A DNA stretch of 59,858 nucleotides, filler included, from Basidiobolus ranarum (lineage: Eukaryota): NCBI GenBank assembly GCA_040143965.1. It is 5 parts of 5 records of this genome, joined end to end, with 100 filler letters (N's around TTAATTAATTAA, not from the genome) between each part and the next. Parts side by side here need not be neighbours in the genome. Positions count along the whole stretch, not along the records: positions 1 to 11,931 come from JASJQH010000577.1; positions 12,032 to 23,942 come from JASJQH010000579.1; 3 more parts are not named here. One strand, given 5' to 3'. The position numbers and the translations under genes were made by a program. Below, piece by piece: positions 1 through 15,000 of this stretch. Position 1 is the first letter of the stretch. The number at the start of each line of letters is the position of its first letter. The notes under the pieces were generated by a model. It saw nothing but the letters and a program-made list of their open reading frames with translations, made no database searches and was not told where the DNA came from.

Positions 1-502
1 ATGTTATATTGGTGTATAACTCGGATTGGGGGAGGGGGGATTTGTTTTCATTAATACGTAAAACTAGCCAGCAACCCTGCGCAGGAGAATAATAACATAT
101 ATGAGGGGGAGAATAAGGAGGTTAAACGGAATAAACAAGGAGTAGAAGTAATGCAATAAAGTGAAGGTACTGGAACACTAAAGATATGGAATTCAAAAAT
201 GCAGAAAATGGGAGTATTCGAGCCTTGAAGCTAGCCAATGAGAAAGAACTAAAAACAAATCTAATCTAATAATACTGGAAGGAATTATACAACTGATGAT
301 AGGAAAACATATGAATAAAGTGCAGAATGGAATGCACGTCAAGGTAGGATGGTGGCCAGAAAAAGTGAGGTACTAGAGAGAAAAGTCGATAAAATTGATG
401 GCCGGGATGTATGTATAGTATGCATAAAGCAGATCTGAAAGGGCACTTGATAAGGGGCTTGTATAGAAGATAATAAACGATGTTGAAGATAATAATAAGA
501 AG

Positions 503-1410
503 CTAAACATAGCCATAACCACAGGTGGGATGCATCGAATAGTTATGCATGTTTCCATGGTATGAGTATGGTGTACCATTCTCGTATACGGAGGACATGT
601 AATATTCTGGACTGTAGCTTGGTCTGCTTTTTGGAGATGTATGATACCATTGAACCATGGGTGGATAATGGTAATAACTATACATGTACTCCAAATTGGC
701 AATAGAGTTGATGGAGACTTCAAGTTTCCGCTTTTCACTCGTAATAGGGTTGTGGTCAGTGTGTAGAGTGGCTAACTGGCTATTGCGATTGGATTGCTGA
801 CTAACCAAACGTATAAGGTTCTGAAGCCATTCCAAGTATTCTTTCTCAGTAACATGAATGTTGTAGCATATGGCATCGAGAAACTCAAACTCCATAGTAT
901 TTAGTTCAGATAACGGAATGGACAGCAAATCGGACCATGTTTTACTCGTGTAAGTTGAGTCATCAAGGGATTTTGCAGCTAGTATAAGAGCAACTGCGAG
1001 GATGTTTTCAGGTTTAGAGGCTAAAGAAGTCTTTAAGACTGCCTGGGAGTTCCGTAGACGTTCCACATATTTAAGAGCAACAAATGAAACAGAGTTTGAA
1101 AGCTGAATAGCTTTCAAGGTGTGTCTGGTGTAGTTTTTAAAAGACTCAGGTACTTCGACCAAAGTAGCAGGGGCTGAGAATGAAGAACACACTTTGCCAA
1201 TCCAGATTTGTACAGCTATTTGGGAGACAAAATCAGCAAAGTTCACACCAGTGTGTTCTTGATTGTTTAGAGGATAGTTCTGGCCCTTTTGGTACGATTG
1301 GTAAGAGTAGTAAGAGGCGGAAAATATTGAATGGGTGCCTGCCCGTAATATGACAATTGGGAACCCAGATGATGGGGCTGCATGTGTTGAGAGGCTTGGA
1401 ATGTCAGCAT
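503..1410 (-). CDS. Pho85-type (Pcl/Clg1-like) cyclin; 5' end interrupted by a one-base frame break near 1321-1324
   Basis: Cyclin-box motifs ALKYVERLR, ALILAAKSLDDSTYTSKTWS and ELNTMEFEFLDAICY, followed by a Tyr/Pro/His-rich tail. The ORF-track start at 1246 is a GTG. The best-context ATG (1410) is in a different frame. Confidence 0.85.
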
Positions 1411-1590
1411 ACTTGAATAGATGGAACAGGGCTGAATTTAGAGGAATAGGTTGGGTCGTTAATAAATGAATTAATTGATACGGAAAGGTAAAGAAAGGAC
1501 AATCTTCAAGGAATTGCTAGCAGTGGGATCAGGTCTGATGATGAGCTCGAGACGAACTGACGAGCACAGTCGTGAAGGGAACACGGTGGA

Positions 1591-1599
1591 CTTATATAG
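1591..1599 (-). promoter_or_regulatory. Putative TATA box of the cyclin gene
   Basis: Minus strand reads CTATATAAG, about 180 nt upstream of ATG 1410. Confidence 0.4.
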
Positions 1600-4500
1600 A
1601 GCCATCAGAAGTGCAAAATTAGTGATCCATCTTGAATGCCCCTAATTATAATATCCAAGAAATGAACTATATTGAGCAAACTACTCTATTGAACAATCCG
1701 TTGATTATTGGATACCCGAATTTAACGAGTCAGAAAAATGGGGTGCCCATGGGTTCGAACAATTTGGAGTAGGCACCAGTATTAAACCTGTAAGTACTCC
1801 CAGCGGGCCAATGGGAGGCCCGGCTGATTTAGTTTTTTCCTGTTGATGATGCATTTACATTAGGGAATCCATACATTCCAATATGTACCATGACTTATTG
1901 ATAATTTGTTAGGCTCCCAACTCTGACTGCGTTTTACCAGCGATTGTTACTCAAACACACTTCCGTTCAGGATGATTCAAGTTTGTGTTGGTTTATGAAT
2001 ACAGAACACTCCTCACACTCCAGAAGTATAAATAGTGGCAAGGAAAATATAGTTCCTGTTTGAATTGGAAGATACATTGAAATCTTCCGCCGTAGAAGCC
2101 AGTCATATTGTGGGCTTCATAATTAAATATCCGTTTATTCTTGAGCCGCACCCATTTGCTCATTCAAAGGTACCGAGTGATCACTCTGTGTGAGCCAAAC
2201 CAATAACTGCTCTAGAAGATTTATGGTGCTTTAACCAGAAACAGAAAGACTAGACCCTCAGAGCGAGCATCATTTTCATCATCCTTATCTCATTTGACCT
2301 GGTCAGTCTCACATGCTGGCTATATATTATAGTAGATTCCATTACAGCGAGGCATCGTCGACCACAATTGATCAGCTGGAATGATCGCTCTCCGCACCTC
2401 GCATTCTATTCAATATAAATCAACCTTATATCAGCCGTAGCCCCTTTTATCTGACCAGCATTCATCAGCAATCGCCTGGGTCATTTCGAGACCAGTATTC
2501 CCGTAATAGTTGAAATCTCGGGACAAATTAGGCATCGGAAGAATGACTCAGACAAAACATAGGGCATTTGTGTTTGGGGCAGAGAAAGGCGGTCTTTTTC
2601 GCTGCATCCAGCCAATTGGTACCGAAACTCGAGCTAAATACCTGATTCTAAATATGTGAGGAGATCACTCGTTGGTTGTTGGCTGTGATCGTAATTATCG
2701 AGCTGAGGGACGCAATCGCTCATATAGGTCCAGGAAAGAGCGAGTGATTCTGGATCGGGCCAGCCAAGGCCCAGTAAGCTTCCCCTGTTCGGGATCAGAT
2801 CCGGATTCCTTCGAGGGTCACATTTAGACTGGATCATGCTTGGTTTCGTTTTGCTTATATTTCCATGTTCTAGATCTTCGTGGTTCGCTGCGTGTGTTAC
2901 GAGAGGCACGTTGCGTGCTCAAGTTTGTCACCATTCAACTGTCTAAAATGAGTGATTATAAGCCACTTTCCGATTCCAGTGTGAGCAGGCATGATGGGGG
3001 CATTGGGTCAAGAGGGTCGAATGGTTAGAGATGGCCTGACTCATCCATTTCCATAGGGATCATCCTTCATTGAATGTTCGCGGATGCTTGGGTACTGAGC
3101 AAAAGGAGAGCTCATAAAATGGAAATTCCAACTACTAGTCAAACCAGTATCAGGGACCTGCTAGCGTGGATCACATTTCCATTAGACTAGGGTCATTAGG
3201 TTTGTCGACATGAGCTGCAGTGGCTAATCACCCTGTCTGATGCAACTCCATTCCCAACACCCATACGGTGTAGATGTGAAATCCGCACTCCAATCTCGAG
3301 CTAGGGTGGTTGCCATATGTACAGCAACCACCATGGATCAGTATATAGAAAGCAACCGATGCGGAGGATATGGGGTAGCTGAGCTAGTGAATCAGGATGT
3401 GAAACCATGGCTTCTCTCTCCTGACATTGTTCCATGGTTAAACTAGTAATGCTACGCAACATCCCAGTCGATGACCAAAATCGCCATGATGGTCTTTAAA
3501 ATCAGCGTAATGTGACTCTGATGATGTGCACAAAATACTTCAATGTGTTGCCATACTTGAGCCTGTAAGCTCTAGCTTCGCAAATCCAATACCTTCCACA
3601 TTGCATTGAGGATGATATCCCTTTTGTATATGGTTAGCTGTGCATCATATACATGTGTGCCAGCTAAGTGGGCGACGTATTGTTATTCAATAGTTCCCTC
3701 TATTTAGCCCATGAGTTACATTGCGGCCACCAACCCTCCGTCTACCAATAGTCGGTTGGTTAACCCAATAGGTTAATGGATGCTATCAGTAGGTAATCAC
3801 ATGATATTGGAATGTACAAACCCCCCAATCAACTCCAAGCCACTGACTAGACCAATTTGCAGGACCTATATGCTTCAAAACTTTGATCCGTTAGCGATGG
3901 GAGATTTCATGATGCTAATGGAAAGATTTAAGGTTTTCACATTTAGTGACTAGGTCGAGCCTTTTTCGTTCCGAGTGAAGATGGTCAATTATCTCTCCAA
4001 CTTCCAAGAGCCCCCTATTGGTAGATCCTCAGATAGCACCATTCAGGTTACAGGCCGGTGTATCAGAAGTGGTTGAGAAGGCTGTTGGAACGATATAGTT
4101 ATCGGTAAGTTGAATAGCAGGTGTCCAGAATCCATATTACAGTACGGGTATTGGAAATATTAGACTATACATGGAACCAACTTGTGCTATTGAAGATGGG
4201 AACTTGAATGCCTGGGTTGTATATCGAATCAAAAATGTGAGCAGCATGAGTGTCTCGAGCACATTATGCACAGAGCAAATCAATTGATTCGCTCATCTAA
4301 CCATTGTCACCACATCTCTTATGCACTCCATATAGTGTCTACCAGAGCAATTAGCTGCTCATAATTAATTACTAACATTGATGTACTCCTGTGTGTATCA
4401 ACCACTATCCATCAAGATATCATATGTACAAGATATCTGGATTTGTGTAGAGAGCCACAAGAAATTGAGTCTTGGTCAAATTGTGATACCGCCCAGCAAA

Positions 4501-7500
4501 GCTTGTATCATGAAGCAGTCTAGCTCCTAAGGAATTTAACTGCCAATTGAGAAGTACATTGCTACATTCATAGACATGCTATGTAAAAATATACCAATAC
4601 ATTATCGACACATATGCCCTGGGTTTTCAGCATGGTGGTGACATTTGTGGATACTGTTAGGATTACCTTTGCTCAGCAGAAAAACTCAAGCACTTCCAGG
4701 GATTCAACAAGCTCTGTGTTATTACTGGTACTTCAAACCCCAGTAGACTTTCAAGATGCTAACATATATATACATATGGCCATGGAATGATCTGAGTAAT
4801 GGCACATGGTGATTCCATGCAAACCAACCTATTAAAAGCCCATCATACATTCACTGCGCAACAAAATGCTGTCATCAATCTATCTCTGGATTATTCATTG
4901 CTTAAATGATGAAAAATATATCCTTCCAGGCTACTATGGAATTCCAACCCAAAATTGGAATTTATCACTTAGTCTGGATGATGAGCTTTGAAAGTTTCAT
5001 CTAATATCCCGTGCTTTTAGGTAGCAGTCTTAATTTGAGTAGTAAATGGATTTACTACAGGACAACCCGCTCCAGACCACCTGGAAGAAACACACTCTCA
5101 TTAGCCAAAGCCTGTCCGACCAGCATAATGTATAGGTATAAAAATGCAAACAATTTCACCCATCTTGTGACTATATGTTTCTTGACATCACCCTGAGAAC
5201 CCCTGTCTAAGAGGCACTTTGCTGAAAGCACACTGAATAACCATGAGTCTAGGGTTAGGGTTGGCGATGTTCTATCCTAGAATAATCGGATCATGTAAAT
5301 GCTATAGATTCTGACACTTGAGAGGCGAGATGAAATACCGAAATCACCATCAGAAATAGCTTTTGGATAATATATATACAACTAGTGGTCGATGACAAAC
5401 CCATAATCTTCACATGCTATCCACGGTAACCATGGAGAACAGGGCCCAAGAATAACTAGGTTCTTTTCGGATAAACTGGAAAATAAATGGGGCATGGCGA
5501 TGAAAAAAAGATTGAGAAAATCTTTGTATCAGTGAAACCAGTATAAATCATGAATATGATTCTAATATGTAACCTGAGACTAGTTAGAACGATGTTTTCC
5601 TTTTTCAACATTAGCACGCTATACCATTCGAGCTATATGAAATGGCAATGAATGAGCAGCTCACATTTAGCATATGCAGATTGGGTTTCTCCACATTGTA
5701 TGCAAACTATAGGTAAGCATTCTGAGCACTGAACTAATTAAAGCACCAAAAAAGCAATGATTGATGCAGTTTTGACACTCAATTTACTACAACGTAAGCT
5801 AAGAGTATCGTAGACAATACCTATAGATAGCAAGTGATTTGCATAATAACGTGAGTAGATGATATCAACCCGACTTCTGTCAAAAATTCATCCAACAACC
5901 TTATGGCTAGATTTGGAATGTAGCGTGTCTTGTCCTGCGATAACATTGGGTCCGGAGTCAAGCACCAACCTGATGCCATCATAGCTATCTCAGATGTATG
6001 TGCAGGTGCAAATGGATATCTTCATTCGATAAATAGAAATCCACACATTTCTAGTGCAAAGCGCAAACTATAGCTTGGCGGGATCCGAGATACGCCCAGC
6101 ATCCTACGGTACAACCCTAGCCCTACATTCACGTGAAAGTGATTGCTATCAGTGATTGTATTCGGAGAATATCTATCTCTCTATCATGGCGACTTCACAA
6201 ATGATTTGATAGCATTTCATTCCGTATCCTCAACATTTCGAAATTGGCCCAATGATGTAACAGAAAGCATGTCATAAAATGTGTAGACTAATGAATGGAG
6301 ATCGAAATGCTTAATAATACTCACTTGTGCAACGCTAGTCCCCCTCAACAAGAAAATTGGGGATTCCATACCTGTTATTTTGAACTCGATTTTATAATCC
6401 CGCTCCGAAATCCCCGTTCTGGTATTGGTCTGTTGAAGTTATTCGATTTTTATCCATATTGGACTGAGCACCAGACTAAACGTTCGAAGTAAGAGTGGCT
6501 CACTCTCGCTGGCTTTCTTTCGCATTCTCCAGTAGGTGAGAGTTATCGAGCCTGTATGCAAAAGGCTCTGTAATCTTAGGCTAATTCTAGCTGGCGTAGA
6601 CTTTTGATGGGGTGAGTTATAGGTCGGAGAATAGCCTGTGCTTTGTCTGCTTTCATTGGGGTTCTTAATTTTGGCACTTTCTCTTCAATATCTGTACCTG
6701 ATTCCATAGGTAACAAAGCGGTAGATAGATAGATGTATGAATTACCAGTTATTACTACTACCAACGACTATCACTCCCTCATATTGATTCATTTATAATA
6801 AAGTTACTGAGGATTGTGATACGAAAATAAGCCAGATGAGATTGTCCTGATAGCTTGGACATTGTACAAGTACCGTGGGTATAGCCAAGTGGGAAGAATA
6901 TTTGCTCCGTGTACGGCATGATGTTGGTATGAGTGGCTCCTTCGATTCGATTGTTATCATGCAGTCCCTATCTAACAGTCGACTGTTAATCTGTATTGTG
7001 GGGAAGATTATCACGATCCCAACTACACTCGCAATACATTGTGGTAAGATACTAAATCCCCCAGAGCATATCTCGGCTTGTTTTCAAGATTGGATTGCTT
7101 CAAGCTATTAAAGTCTACACATTGGAGAACCACCCTCACTTCCAAACCCAATTCAACTTGCAAGCCTAAAGCCATTTGTACTGTTTGTAAATCGGGACCT
7201 TTGCAGGCACTAGTGACCGAATTCCTGGAACAGGATACCGCTTCACGTACACCATTTCATTAATTTGGCTTTTCATTCGATAATATTTATATATACATGC
7301 TATTTTAATATGTAACTCTAGCACACTCTTAATATGTTTAAGAGAGCCCAATGATACATCCACGTGAAAATTCTATTAGATTTTCCAGGCTCTTCCTATT
7401 TTATCGATAAATTCATATGTCGACAAATCAGGTTTTCCCTTTCACATGAAATTGTTGGTTAAGTTTGTTTTTCGACCAATTTCGAACTCCTATATATTGG

Positions 7501-7561
7501 CTCCTAGGCTGTTCAATATCTGCGAATTTAAGAATTATTTATTTAGCTTCTCTGTTTCTAT

Positions 7562-8585
7562 ATGGATACATCCCCTTCACACCAACCCCTTAGAGCTATA
7601 GGCACCTCTTTAGGTCCCACTGTTCCTCAAAACACCAGGCCTAATAGACAAAACGCCTTACAGCTAGTAGAAGATATTTTAAATGAGAACGACCTATACG
7701 CTACTTTGGGAGTAACAACGAATGCTACTGCTGAAGAGATCCGTCGAGCATACATATCGAGAAGTAGAATCTGCCATCCGGACAAACTTCCAGGCAATAG
7801 TAAAGCTACAGAAGCCTTTCAAAGTATGTTCATTTATATATTTAGCAAACTTATTTCTCTCCTGTGCTAAACATATCTACCTTTATAGAAATCTCTGTTG
7901 CATACGAAACCTTATCAAATAGAAATAGCCGGAAACTTTATGACCGCAGTGGTACTAGTAGTGATGGTTTTACCGGTGAAGAGACTCTATCCGAGGCGTT
8001 GGTACAAATATTCAAAGAATTTATGGATGGAGATTTTGAACATCTGCTCTCTATCGTTGGTATGTAATTTGGCTAGTGTATTTTGAAGTAGATTAAGACT
8101 AACCTATTTTTCTTTTTCGACAGAACTTTTAAATACCCAAAATCCTGATCTCAACATTGATAAAGAGAAAGCCAATCAACTGTTTGTTCAAGTACGGGAG
8201 AAGTGTATAGGTGAGCGAGATTCTAAATTTATTGTCCTTGTCGCGTGCAAATACTGATATTTCTGAAGTTGTCGGAAAATACTTGACCCAAGTAAAATTC
8301 GAAGTAATGCGACTGTATGAGATCCAATGGGAACTACGTTCTCTTTCTTACTTCAACGTCTTTGGGCGTCTTCGGCTTAGCATTCAGCTTAGTAGAGTGT
8401 TCTTCAATATTCCAGTAAAGTTGAGCACCGCAGTTACAGATGGGAAGATTGCCAACAATCAATTATGCCAGCTGCTGAATGAACTCACCAGTTTGTTGGA
8501 GTTGTTTGAGTGTGCAGTAGGGAAAGTGGACACGTGGCTCACCGCGCAATGGCCAAAGATATCTCTACCTCTCGGAGTTCAGTAG
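7562..8585 (+). CDS. DnaJ/J-domain protein with an uncharacterised helical C-terminus (4 exons)
   Basis: J-domain DLYATLGV...EIRRAY...CHPDK...AFQ/EISVAYETLS. GT-AG introns at 7824-7888, 8060-8123 and 8211-8268. Confidence 0.88.
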
Positions 8586-9108
8586 CTTCCATGATGCCAA
8601 CTACATACCTTATCTCTGGAATCCCCTTTCTAAGCGCACTCTTATAATGTAAATACCCAGCTAATCCTCTGCTATTACGGTCCATTTGAGATTTTCCAGT
8701 ATCAGATGTAAAAAATCCAGAGCATTTTACTGATATCAACAACCTAATATACTTAACTCTTACACCTATTTTTTGTAAAAATATCATGTCAAAATAAATG
8801 CTTACTCTTCGAATTATATAAAGACAAAGTTAAGAAACAACATTTCCCTGCTGATCATTTATTTATTCCTAAGCATGTTGGCTGGTATATAACATCGATC
8901 CCGAGGCGAGGTAATTTCTTTGGGCAGCGATTAAGGTGCTAGAGAAAACTTCCAGTCTGTCGGTATCGTAGATATTTGGAAGTAAATCTTGATATTTTAA
9001 AAACGTACAAATGTGGCTTCACTAGACAAGTGATTTTACTACCAACGATATCAAGGTTGAAGAAGTAAGATTAGAGAAAAACTAAGCGAAGGATAACATG
9101 CTTTTTCT

Positions 9109-10273
9109 TCATTGGTTAGAGGATGCCGGTTTCTTCTTTTTCTCAGCTTCGGCTTCTTTCTCCTTCTCTATTTCCACAACAATTTCTTCAATCTCTGAGA
9201 GCTCCAAGCGCTGTTAGAACTAAGATGTTAACTTCATATGGTCTTATAATAATGCTCGAGAGTGTTACCTTGATTACACCATCGGATGTCATCACTGCAA
9301 TTTCTATGTTTTGAGCACCAGTTTGGACAACCTACAAATAATATCCATCAGTATCAACGATATTTACATTTGCCGTTGAAGAAGACAAACCTCCAACAAA
9401 GATTTGACAGTGAGCTTAATAGTTTGCTTTTTATCCATATCCTCTTTATAATTCTTTTCTAAGAACTCCCTAACAGTTTTGGAACTTCTTCCAACAGCAT
9501 TGGCCTTGAATAAGTGAATGTTTAAGTATATGTCGGGAGTATTAAAGGTTATCAACAAAAATATAATTACCTTCCAGGCCGAATAGATACCGGAGGGTTC
9601 AGTCTGATAAAGCCTGGGAAGGCCGTTGTCAAAACCGATAATCAAAGTAGAAATACCAAAAGGTCTAACTCCACCACTTTGAGTATATTTCTACATTTCA
9701 ACAGTTAACCAGTGAATATTTGGTAGATAAATATTTAGCACAAAAAATACCTGCTGAACACCCGCAATATAACGAGTAATATATTCAACAGAAACGGGGT
9801 CTTCAACGGTAAGTCTATGACTTTGACATTCAACTCTAGCCTTGTTAATCAATACACGAGCATCAGCCGATAAACCTTGGTAACAATGTAACTTTAGAAT
9901 TAGGAATCCAATCTAGACTGACTTTACGCGGCCATATAACTTTTTAAATATTGGAGACAACTTGAAATTTCTCGTACCAGCAAATGCCAGACAAACGTGA
10001 TCGTCTAGCATGTTTATTTTCTGAACTGTACGAGACTCTTGAAGCTTGAGAACAGCTTTTTTCTCAACACCCAATACAGCAACATCTTTTCCTCTAATAC
10101 CAACCTATTAAACGGTGGTTACCTAAGCAAATGAATCTAAACAGGCTATACACAGAGATAAATTAAACACGTACGGCACAAGTTCCCTTACGAACTGCTT
10201 CAAGAGCATATTCAACTTGGAATAAGTGACCATCAGGTGAGAATACAGTTAATGCGCGATCGTATCCAGACAT
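9109..10273 (-). CDS. PRE6: 20S proteasome subunit alpha-4 (7 exons)
   Basis: Spliced minus strand gives [33 protein letters not shown]...[33 protein letters not shown]...KKPASSNQ*. Six GT-AG introns. Confidence 0.95.
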
Positions 10274-10677
10274 GATTGTAATTAGTAGAAAACAAGAATG
10301 CTTGGCAAGCGTAACAATTAGTACACATCTAGGCTTATTCTATAATATCACTTTAGCATTTCCAAAATTTGATTACGTTGTACGTAACAGTGAATCTTGT
10401 CCTGTAACTGTTGATTGCGTAATGCTAACTTTTGCTAGGATCAACGTATATGAATGCTGTTTAAAAACAATCCAAGCATTACTATTGCAAGTATGATTCT
10501 ATCACCACGCGCATACATCACTCCAACCAATTTTTCCTTGATCGTGGTTACAAAAATCTGGGTTAGGTTGTATCACGTGAATGGATAGAATTTTTTTTTC
10601 AAGCAATCGATGTCTACTGAGGCATAAAGGGAACTGGTAGTCGCAAATTGACTCTCTCTCTCACCGTGGTGGCTTGA

Positions 10678-11218
<541 letters not shown>

Positions 11219-11931
11219 GCTTCCCAGTCTACAATCTGAATAAAGACCTTTACAAATCATTTACTTGTGCAGTATGGTGTCTCATACGATGGATGGTTAA
11301 ATTAGACATTGGATATATAATAGCATTAGTGCGATTTGAGCTGATCCAATAGGTACTTCGGGTCCTTAGTTGAAGGTCCAGCTAATTCTGCATGGCGAAT
11401 CTAATTTCATATTATCAGAGCTGTTTGTTCCAAGATAGAGAAGGGCATGGGGTTTCCTTTGACCTAATATTGAAGCGAAATCATCATCTAAATGAGTAGA
11501 ATGGCTCAAGCACTTAGACCTTTGCATGCAAACTGGATATGTGGTTACGGAATCTTCTCTGTAACATACCTGATTGCAAAAACTTTACCTTTGCACCAGG
11601 TTTCTTGTGGTATGCACATGAACATATAAGAGTTGTGAATGCCATGGGGTTGCGATATACCAATGAGCACATATTTGATTGGGTTTCAATACTAGGAATT
11701 TCAATGTTGGAACTATGAAAGTACTGGATGCATACGAAACCAAGCCAGACAACATGTTCAACCTATTTTACTATAATTGCCTTGATGAAGGTTGTGAAAT
11801 TTTGTATGATATTCAATTTATTCACTCTGGTAATAGCGTGGGCCGAGCTACTTTTCTAATGTTCATGAGTGCACCGCCGCCGCGCGGGGGCGGGGGGGGG
11901 GGGGGCGTTGGCAGTGGTGGTGGGATGTGGG

Positions 11932-12031
11932 NNNNNNNNNNNNNNNNNNNNNNNNNNNNNNNNNNNNNNNNNNNNTTAATTAATTAANNNNNNNNNNNNN
12001 NNNNNNNNNNNNNNNNNNNNNNNNNNNNNNN
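11932..12031. other. Artificial contig spacer N44-TTAATTAATTAA-N44
   Basis: Identical 100-nt spacer with stops in all six frames, present four times in the window. Confidence 0.98.
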
Positions 12032-15000
12032 CAAAACAAATCGTATTTCCCCAAAACTATCTCTTCTTTTGAAGGAGAGGAGCGTGTCAAGCTGACAGAC
12101 GAGGATGAGGAAGAGGAGATTGTTATGTTCAAGCAACGTACACTTGAGAATTCCATTTATGCCATCAACTGCAGTCTCCCAAACATATACGTTATACTAA
12201 CGAAGCATCGATTCGATCTAATTCAGACTTTGTTGGATTCACTATCCCGATGGCAATTGTTCTCAAATCCCAGTGATACAACAATCAAGCCACCCTCTAC
12301 TATTCATCTCTCTCCCAAGTTAGATCAGGTTGATGTCTTCGGAAATGCTGATGATAATCGCGGCCCTAAAAGCGAGCAAACTAACATGCTAGATGAGGAG
12401 CAATTAGATTTTGAGCCACCGTGCCAAAGTCTGGCTTCTTTTGTTTCAATAATCCATAATATGGATGTTGTTATTATATGCTCTTCCACGGCCCAACCTT
12501 CGTCATCATCAATAAGTCCACCTAAATTTTATGAACTTCAACTCAGTGAATTAGGATTTTTCGGTGTGGTAAGATTTGAAGGGAAGAGTGTATCTTACTT
12601 CAACTTAGATATAGAGAAGATTTCACTTTCTGACGTGACTACTCCTACGAGTAGAATACCGATCATCTCAAAGGTGAATACCGACATGTTGAAAGCAAAA
12701 CACAGTAAATCCATGTTACTCTCTACCTTCATCATAACTACAAATATGGAGACAGGGAATCGAGACAATTTGGCTACCGTATCAACAAATGATCTGATGT
12801 GGAATTTACAATTAAAGTCAACTTTCATGGAAGATATGGTGGCATTTGGAACTGCTTTGAACGATAATCCTTCGGACGATTCTACTCAATCTACTACTCG
12901 TCTCTTCTTAATTATTGAGAACTCGGTGATTGATTTCGCACCCTTAGATCATCCTACCAAAGCCGTCATTGCTGCTGAGAGCTTAAAACTTTCTACCAAT
13001 CTCATATCGAAATCTCCCGATCTCCTGATTAAAATCTTTCTTCAAAATGCGACGTTTTTCCTGATTGACGATCAAGAATCCATCAATGAAGAGATCCATA
13101 CCGAGGGTAGTGGGCCCTCTTTTAGCAGTCTCAAGGGCTATTATCGAGCTTTGGGATATGCTGTGATTTCTTCGGTAGATTTTCTAGAAGTACTCGTCAA
13201 ACTAAACAAGGACGATCAATTACCACAATTTGATTTGGAAATTACCAACCAAACTTTTCTACTGGAAACATGCCCTGATTCGTTTCAAACTCTGTTGGAA
13301 TTTGTAAATTACATTTCCCAAAGTACAAGTAATTCCAGCGGAAAAAAAGGAAATCCAGCCCAATTAGAAGTGGATGAAGCTCAAAATAACAACAACGATG
13401 ATAGCGTATTGACTGATATGCTGTGTATGTATATTGTTTATTTTTACAACCATTTAGAAGTACCTGAACCTTATTGTTAAATTCTTACAATGTGAATATA
13501 GCCAGCTTGGATGAAAATGCATTTGGTCCACCAAATCCAGATTGCGCTAAACTTGCTAGCGACGTTGGTGAAGGCAATTTAACTTTTGTAGAAGAATACT
13601 ATGCAGCAGAAGTGGATTCCAAGAAGGCACCGAACTACTATTCCAGTGAGGAATCCGATATGCTTGAAGATTACCCATCTGGTTTTGACTTGGAGGATTC
13701 TGGAGACGACGGTATGAGCTCAATACGGATAAATCATTCATTCATAATAACTAAATCTTTGTGCTAGAATGGAAGCCAGTGGAAGCAATCATGTCTCCTC
13801 AATTACCAGAGAATGATTTTAAAGAGTTTGAAATGCCGACATTAGACTCTGAAGATACAGTAAGACCTTTGGATGACGAACAACTTGTCATTGTAGAAGA
13901 CTATTTTACCGTGCCAAGCTTTATGGAGGAGCAAGATCAAACCAAGTTTGTGAACTTTATTCCATCATTGTTATTTGTAGAAAGTGTTCTTACACTGCAT
14001 GATGTTTTCATGTGAAAATAGTATCTCTAAAAGTATCAACCATATCCGAATCTGCGACTTCAATTTCATCTGGAAATTGTACACAGGTAACGACTGGAAA
14101 AAGAGTAAAAATCCATTCGATACTGCTGCACCCAAAGCCGAAGTACACGATCCAGAGAATCTCAAGGGAAAAGATAAAGACGTGTTATATAGCACCAGTC
14201 CAGATTTCGATTATTACATGTACGAACCAGAATTAGCAGCCACTACGCCCTCTGGTTCTGAGTATGCTTCTTCCACTGTATCTTCCGAGAAAGGTTACTT
14301 TGATGACGATCATCGAAGTTTCAGTGATGAAACAATGACTTTACCAGAATCCCATAGCACGGCTGGCCAAATCAATCATTCCCCAAAGAAAGGTAGAAAA
14401 CGAGATAAAAACCGGGCTAAGCAAGGAAGGTCTAGGTCTAGCCAGTTGGATATCAAATTGCTCTCCATCAATGCTGACTACCAACAGTATCCACTGGGAG
14501 TAGAAACGGCCTCTCGAGCTCGATTTTCAATTCGGGATGTTGAAATTATTGACCGAGTACAAACATCTATGTGGAAGAAGTTTTTATCATACTTACGTCC
14601 AGACAGTGACACCAGTCCGAGAGAAACATGGTCCAACATGGTTCGTATTGAGTTGGATGGAGTACGTCCAGTTCCCAACGTTCCGCTTGAAGAAATGAGA
14701 TTAAAGGTAGAAGAAACTCGTTAGAAAAAGATTACTTATACCCAATAGTCCACTAATCTGATGATGGTTTAAAGATTCGTCTCCTTCCCATTCGACTTCA
14801 TATAGATCAAGATACCTTGGAATTTGTGATACGATTCTTCAATGCTCCTTCCAATACGACCAGCCCCGTCCCTTCCGAGAGAAAGGATAACATATATTTC
14901 CGTAAGTTGTGAGTCAACTTCTTGATGCTAAATGCTACTAACCATTGTATTTGATTCTTCTCAGAATATTGCGAGATCCTCCCTATTGTATTGAAATTCG

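Noticed and set aside
11871-11931. G-rich tract resembling a G-quadruplex, and ORF 11679-11987
   Set aside because: It sits at the extreme contig end with an abrupt composition change, typical of a low-quality read tail. The ORF runs into the spacer.
11976-11987. TTAATTAATTAA palindrome recurring at 11976, 23987, 35974 and 47944
   Set aside because: It is always centred in N44 flanks, so it is an artificial linker and not a biological repeat or target-site duplication.
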